This document shows, piece after piece, positions 54,395-64,000 of a stretch of DNA of 64,000 nucleotides (within the stretch, counting starts at the first letter, position 1; every line of letters starts with the position of its first letter). The DNA is from the human T2T-CHM13v2.0 reference genome, Homo sapiens. A program made the position numbers and the translations under genes. The stretch lies in the NCBI RefSeq assembly GCF_009914755.1, contig NC_060936.1; one strand, written 5' to 3'. The notes beneath the pieces were generated by a model that did no database searches, was not told where the DNA came from, and saw only the letters and a program-made list of their open reading frames with translations.

Positions 54395-54586
54395 AAACAG
54401 GCATGGTGGCTCATGCCTGTAATCCCAACACTTTGGGAGGTTGAGGCAGGAGGATCACTTGAGGTCAGGTGTGGTGGTGTGTACCTGTGGTCCCAGATAC
54501 TTGGGAGGCTGAGGTGGGCAAACTGCTTGAGCCTAGGCCTGGTTGACAGAAAGAGACCCTACCTCAAAAAAACAAAAAACAAAAAA
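54395..54586 (+). mobile_element. Alu with large deletions
   Basis: Fragmented Alu consensus. Confidence 0.8.
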
Positions 54587-54817
54587 GTGAAATCGAAGAG
54601 TAATTTTTAGCCAGCGGCCTTTGGAACCAAAGTGTTTGGCTTTATTCTTTTGTGGGCCTCTTCTCTTTCCTTTCTAGATTAGGAGATCTTGATCAATGCA
54701 GTGGGATGACATTAGGAGAAGGAAAAATGACTTCAGGAGTCATAAGTATAAAAACTGGCTTCAGATTGAGAATCAACTGACTATTCAAATTGTAAAAGAG
54801 CAGAAGTGTTTTGGATA

Positions 54818-54979
54818 GTCTCCACAAAAATACAAAAATTAGCTGGGCCTGGTGGCACACGCCTGTAATCCCAGCCTGAGGCAGGAGAATCGCTTAAACC
54901 CAGGAAGTGGAGGTCACAGTGAGCCAAGATTGCACCACTGCACTCCAGCCTGGACGACAGAGCAAGACTCGGTCTCAAA

Positions 54980-55022
<43 letters not shown>
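54818..55022 (+). mobile_element. Alu right arm with (TAAA)n tail
   Basis: Alu consensus plus about 11 TAAA units. Confidence 0.88.
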
Positions 55023-55099
55023 AGGATGTTATGCAATGTGATATGTAGAATACATAATCTTGTCCTAAAAATATAGTATAACAAATGTAGAATAACCAA

Positions 55100-55465
55100 T
55101 GGTGTTAGGTTGTTTGTTTTTCACTTTACTCCTTTTTCTTGTGACAGCATTTCCAGTTTGCCTTGGAGCACTATTGGAGACGATCCCGGTGCTCCAAGAA
55201 CCAAGGTACTTCGTTAGCCAAATAAGAGGTGAACACACAGCCAAAGCCAGACCAATCAGATGCTTGTCCCCAGGAGTTTGAATCTCAAGCAGAGAAACAA
55301 AAAGACTGAAAAAGATTACTTCTTGCTATTTGGATTCCCAAGGCCACCCTGGTCCTTGTCTTTTCTGAGCCTGGTTATTGTGCTGGGCTTTCCATTCTGT
55401 AAGCTACTAGCACACAGAGTGGAAAGTTTCTTTTCTGCTACTTTATCTGGTTTCCTTTACTTCCA
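55100..55465. mobile_element. Old ERVL-type LTR (LTR33/LTR16-like)
   Basis: AAGCCAGACCAATCAGATGC...GGAGTTTGAATCT motif. Confidence 0.45.
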
Positions 55466-55569
55466 ATCAGCATTTTTATCTTGAATGCTTACGAGTGCCA
55501 GGCACTGTTATGAGGTCTTCGTGTAGATGACATCATTTGAGCTTTACACCAATTCTTCAATTATTATTT

Positions 55570-55688
55570 GGCTCACACCTGTAATCTCGGCACTTTCAGA
55601 GGCTGAGGCAGCAGGATTGCTTGAGTCCAGGAGTTCAAGACCAGCCTTGTCAACATAGTGAGACCCTGTCTATATAAAAATTAAAAAT
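55570..55688 (+). mobile_element. FLAM inside an antisense MIR (about 55470-55830)
   Basis: Left-arm Alu; MIR motifs on both sides. Confidence 0.75.
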
Positions 55689-56089
55689 TATTTGACATTT
55701 GGCAGATGAAGATGAGCCTCAGAAAAAATAAGCGCCTTATCAAAGCTTACACAGCTAGCAAGACGTGGAATTGATGTTCACACTTAGGTAGTATGACTCC
55801 AGGTCTTTAGCGTCTAATCTCTGGGAAAGAATTCTTTAAGCAAACTCATTAAGTGGGTCTTTTGGTAATGAGGTGGTGAGGAGGGGACCCTGGAGGCTGG
55901 ATTGGAGAAATGGAAACAAAAGGGAATTGTTCCCCATAGTAAATTAATAGAATTTTGGAGTTATTCTCTGATGTTCAGAAAAAGTAGGTTTAGAGATCCT
56001 GGGACTCAAAGAAGGCTACAGATGTTAAAAGGAGAGGAAGTCCTTGCAATGGCGACAGGCGGGAGTCACCGGAGAGAGAGAAGCCAAAG

Positions 56090-56907
<818 letters not shown>

Positions 56908-56974
56908 CTAATTTGTTGCCTGCAGAGTAAGAGACTTAGGATGCAGATGCAGAGGCACATGGGGTGAGATATAG

Positions 56975-57370
<396 letters not shown>

Positions 57371-57812
57371 CTCCTTTTGGGTTTTTATGGAACCTTTATG
57401 ACGTCAGCATTCCTTTCCCCAGGGTATGGGCAGGATCCTCTCTGGGAAGAGTCCTAAGACCCACAGTCAGAAAGGTGGGGGTGGGGCAGGAAGAATTAGA
57501 GTCCTGCCTTGAAGCAGGGGAGAAGAAGGCAGGAGGTCAGAGGCCTGCCCCCGAGGCCTAACACACCCCACATTACACCAAAAGATTGTAATGGCTAGGC
57601 TCGGTGGCTCCTGTCTGTAATCCCAGCACTTTGGGAGGCCCAGGACTGGGGATCACCTGAGGTCAGAGTTTGAGATCCGCCTGGCCAACATGGTGAACCC
57701 CTGTCTCTACTAAAAATACAAAATTAGCCAGGTATGGTGGCACATGCCTGTAGTCCCAGCTACTCCGGAGGCTGAGGCAGGAGAATCGCTTGAACCCAGG
57801 AGGCAGAGGTTG

Positions 57813-58928
<1,116 letters not shown>

Positions 58929-59365
58929 GTTGCAGTGAGCTGAGATCTTGCCACTGCACTCCAGCCTGGGCAACAAGAGTGAAACTCCATCTCAAAAAAA
59001 AAAAAAAAAAAAACAAAGACTATAACAAGGGCTGTGGGAATTCTGAGCCAGGAACCGTGGACAAAAACCTATATATATATCATAACACCACAGGCCACTC
59101 CCTGGTTTTCACCCATGGATCACTTACATCAAATAATATACACAATCATTAATAGTTAATGAATAGTTATTAATACAATTATTACTAGTAATAATGCATT
59201 AATAATTAACACAATGTGTTTCAGTCCATCACAGTGTGTATCTCCCAGGATGAGGCCACTTAGGTTTTCAGGTTTCATTTAGATCTTGTCAGGTTCCAAA
59301 AGCAGGAGTGGCCTCCATAGATATGCTGCCTCACCCTTTCAGGCATCTGGGGAATTGAGGTAAGT

Positions 59366-60048
<683 letters not shown>

Positions 60049-60101
60049 TCAGTACATTCAAGTGTTCCCTTAGGAGAACCAAGTTATGTGCAGTAGCTTC
60101 A

Positions 60102-60417
60102 TTTATTTTATTTTATTTATTTATTTATTTTTTAAGATGGAGTCTCGCTCTTGTTGCCTGGGCTGGAGGGCAGTGGTGCGATCTGGGCTCACTGCAACCT
60201 CCACTTTCCAGACTCAAGCAATTCTCCTGCCTCAGCTTCCTGAGTAGCTGGGATTACAGGCACGTGCCACCATGCCCAACTAATTTTTATATTTTTAGTA
60301 GAGACGGGGTTTCACCATGTTGCCCAGGCTGGTCTTGAACTCCTGACCTCAAGTGATTCGCCCCTCTTTGGCCTCCAAAAGTGTTGGGATTACAGGCATG
60401 AGCCGCCGTGCCCAGCT
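60102..60417 (-). mobile_element. AluS
   Basis: Alu consensus with (TTTA)n tail. Confidence 0.9.
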
Positions 60418-60907
60418 GGCTTTATTTATTTTATTAAACACTAAAGAGAAGGGCAGAGGTCTTGGAAACATTTCGGTTACACAGACACACTTACAAAGAA
60501 GACTAACAGTGTAATAGTGCAAGCCAAAGATGTGTAATGAGTGATGCAGATCATAAGTGCAGTAGAGACTTGAAAGGAAGGGAAACCACAGTGGATTACA
60601 GTGGTCAGGAAGGGCCTCACGTGACATGTGAGACTTGAACTTTGAAGAATGTTTAAGAGTCAGTTAAGGGAAGACAAGAGAGCATTCTTGATAGATAGAG
60701 AGATGGATAGAGAAAATGGAAAGAGCAAAGTTGTGGAATGAAGAACATGCCAAGAATACAAGAGTGCCAATTAGGATTAATACAGTGGTCTCTTAAAATG
60801 ATAACGCTATGAACCAGGAAGTTGGTTCTGTTTTAGCAATTTAAAAATCTGGTTGTGAAATTATAAAGGTGGAGCTAGTTACAAATTACTGTTTCAAAAA
60901 TAATTAT

Positions 60908-61196
<289 letters not shown>

Positions 61197-61424
61197 TTAT
61201 AACAAATACAGACTTAAATTCAAAATAATATAGTTGGTCAAATTGTTAATTTATTAAAAACTATAGCACTGGTCATTTCTATAACCACAAATATCAACAT
61301 AAAGTTACAAGATTATACAAACATGCTAGTCATGACTAGTTGACTAAAATATATAAGGTACAAGGTAAAGGACAAAATAGAAAGTATCCATGTCTATGAA
61401 TAAAGGGTTATTAAAAATTATTGT

Positions 61425-61737
<313 letters not shown>

Positions 61738-61819
61738 CTACGTGAGACAAAAAGTTATGGCATAGAACTGTCCTTAAAGAACTAAAATCTAGAGATGTCT
61801 GTGTGTGGCAAGATGGTAG

Positions 61820-62142
<323 letters not shown>

Positions 62143-62379
62143 CCACAGTGATTCTTTAAAATGTCAGTATCACCCCTGTTTCACACAGCTGGAAGTACAT
62201 GGAGGAAGGCCTCCAGGAACTCAGCTGACACGCTCCCAGCACCTCCTCAACATTTTCCCAGCCTGTTCCCCATACTGCATACTGAGATGCTCCTGGTCCT
62301 CTCTTCCTACTTACTGTTCTACCTGGCCCTTTGGACTTCACCTTGCCACTACACCCCTAGTTATCAGTTTGCTGTCTAC

Positions 62380-62895
62380 ACATATAGGATGTTCTTTCAG
62401 CTACAAGAAACAGAAATCCCAACAAATAGTGGCCTAAGAGCATAATAATATTTGTTGTTCACTAAACAAGAGGCCAGTCTCAAGGTTAGTTTGGTAATTC
62501 AACAATGTAATCAAGAAGGCAGAGTCCACCATGCCTCCTCAGTAAGTCAGCAATGTCTGTCTTTGCGAAGCTCTTGCCTTGAGATCCCCTCATACAACGG
62601 CATTCAAGCTGGAATCGAGGGAAGAGAGGCCAAAGGCTTCCACTTCCCTAGCGTTTCTTTTATCAGGAAATAAATTTTTTCCTCATACCCTCAATTGACT
62701 ACTTCTGACAATGCACTGGTTAAGTCTGGGCCATGTGCCCAGTCTCCTACCAATACTGGCAAAGGAGAATAAGTCCACTACGATTGGCTTAGACCAATCA
62801 TCACTCATCCCATGGGCTGGGAATGTTTTCCTGAACAAAACCGGGGCTCTGTTAGCAGGAAAGAAGGGGAATGGCAGTGGAGTAAGCAATTCAGA
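62380..62895 (-). mobile_element. MLT1 (K/L-type) LTR
   Basis: AGGATGTTCTTTCAGCTACAAGAAACAGAAATCCC...GATTGGCTTAGACCAATCA...GGGGCTCTGTTAGCAGGAAAGAAGGGG. Confidence 0.7.
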
Positions 62896-63701
62896 GTATC
62901 TGTGATGGACTGTGAGTACAAAACCTTATCCTGTCCTGTGTAATCACTTCTCAATTAGCCCTTGGAAGCTCCACCTCACTGCCTTCAGCCCCTATCTTCC
63001 CTACTACTCTTTTGGAAAGTTCTTGGTTTGATTTGTCCTGCATCCTTACGCAAGTCATAGGTAAGTCTATAAGATGTAGACAGTAGTCCTTACAAAAGAA
63101 TTGCCCAGAGAGGGCCCTTGCTTGGATCCGCAAGGCAAGGCTGACTGATGCTATGAGAGATATCAGTGAGGTCTTTTGAACCTCTGTCACTAGTTTTATC
63201 TTATATGTACAGATTTGAGAGTTTAGCTCTTGCTTTTAATCCCTAGAGTCTGTCAAGTGTTGGATTTTATGGGGGTGGATAATATAAACATCAAGGATTA
63301 GGGGAGAACAGTTTGAGGAGGAGCTGAAAGAAAAATAGAGAATGCCAGTGTCTGCAGATGACAGGGCCTTTGTAAGACTCTCTCATTATCATCTCTTTTC
63401 TGTGGTTCATTTCACATTAAAATTTCCATCAGCATTTTGGCATGGATAAACCTTGGCAATGTCTCCTTGAAAAAATAATTATCATGTATTTTTCTTGTTA
63501 AAGCTGAGCAGATTTTTTAAAATGGTTACAGCTCTGGAGTATTCATTAGTAAAATCTACTGGGCTTTTAGATAGTAGGTATCATTAGTGTTCTGTAATGT
63601 AGCTAATTTCATTCACTGACCTCTCTTTGCGTCTATGCTTTTATAGTTCTTTATTCCAATAGTTCTAATTATCATAAATATAAAAGGGGTACACATGTCC
63701 A

Positions 63702-64000
<299 letters not shown>

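Noticed and set aside
61326-61339. 14-bp palindrome CTAGTCATGACTAG
   Set aside because: About four such palindromes are expected by chance in 64 kb (64000/4^7).

Overview
Primate (very probably human) non-coding genomic DNA, extremely Alu-rich (about 67 Alu elements or fragments by hand count), with no intact protein-coding exon. The central feature is a CpG-island promoter at about 25.55-26.95 kb. It drives a minus-strand gene whose non-coding exon 1 ends at a strong CTG|GTGAGT donor (26186/26185), so 1-26185 is intron 1 and about 27-64 kb is upstream intergenic DNA. From memory of the 5'UTR and the 7SK pseudogene about 27 kb upstream, the gene is most likely CDK17 (PCTAIRE-2, chr12q23); I could not verify this by search. 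Three retrocopies are recognisable: a full-length frameshifted SNRPD1 processed pseudogene, a 3'UTR-only nucleolin (NCL) retrocopy with perfect TSD, and a 7SK pseudogene. The rest is L1, L2, MIR, MER5 and LTR debris (MSTB, MLT1, MER61A, MER21A, LTR15). All ORFs in the track are Alu/L1-derived or GC-rich chance ORFs. I see no evidence of a novel biological system. The most interesting signals are a single-AUG uORF in exon 1, a non-retrotransposed templated insertion copied from 1.9 kb away into an Alu, homogenised head-to-head Alu pairs, repeatedly reused insertion sites, a four-level nested element, a fossil of proximal NCL polyadenylation and a motif-rich repeat-free candidate enhancer. Repeat family names and boundaries come from visual comparison with remembered consensus sequences and are approximate.
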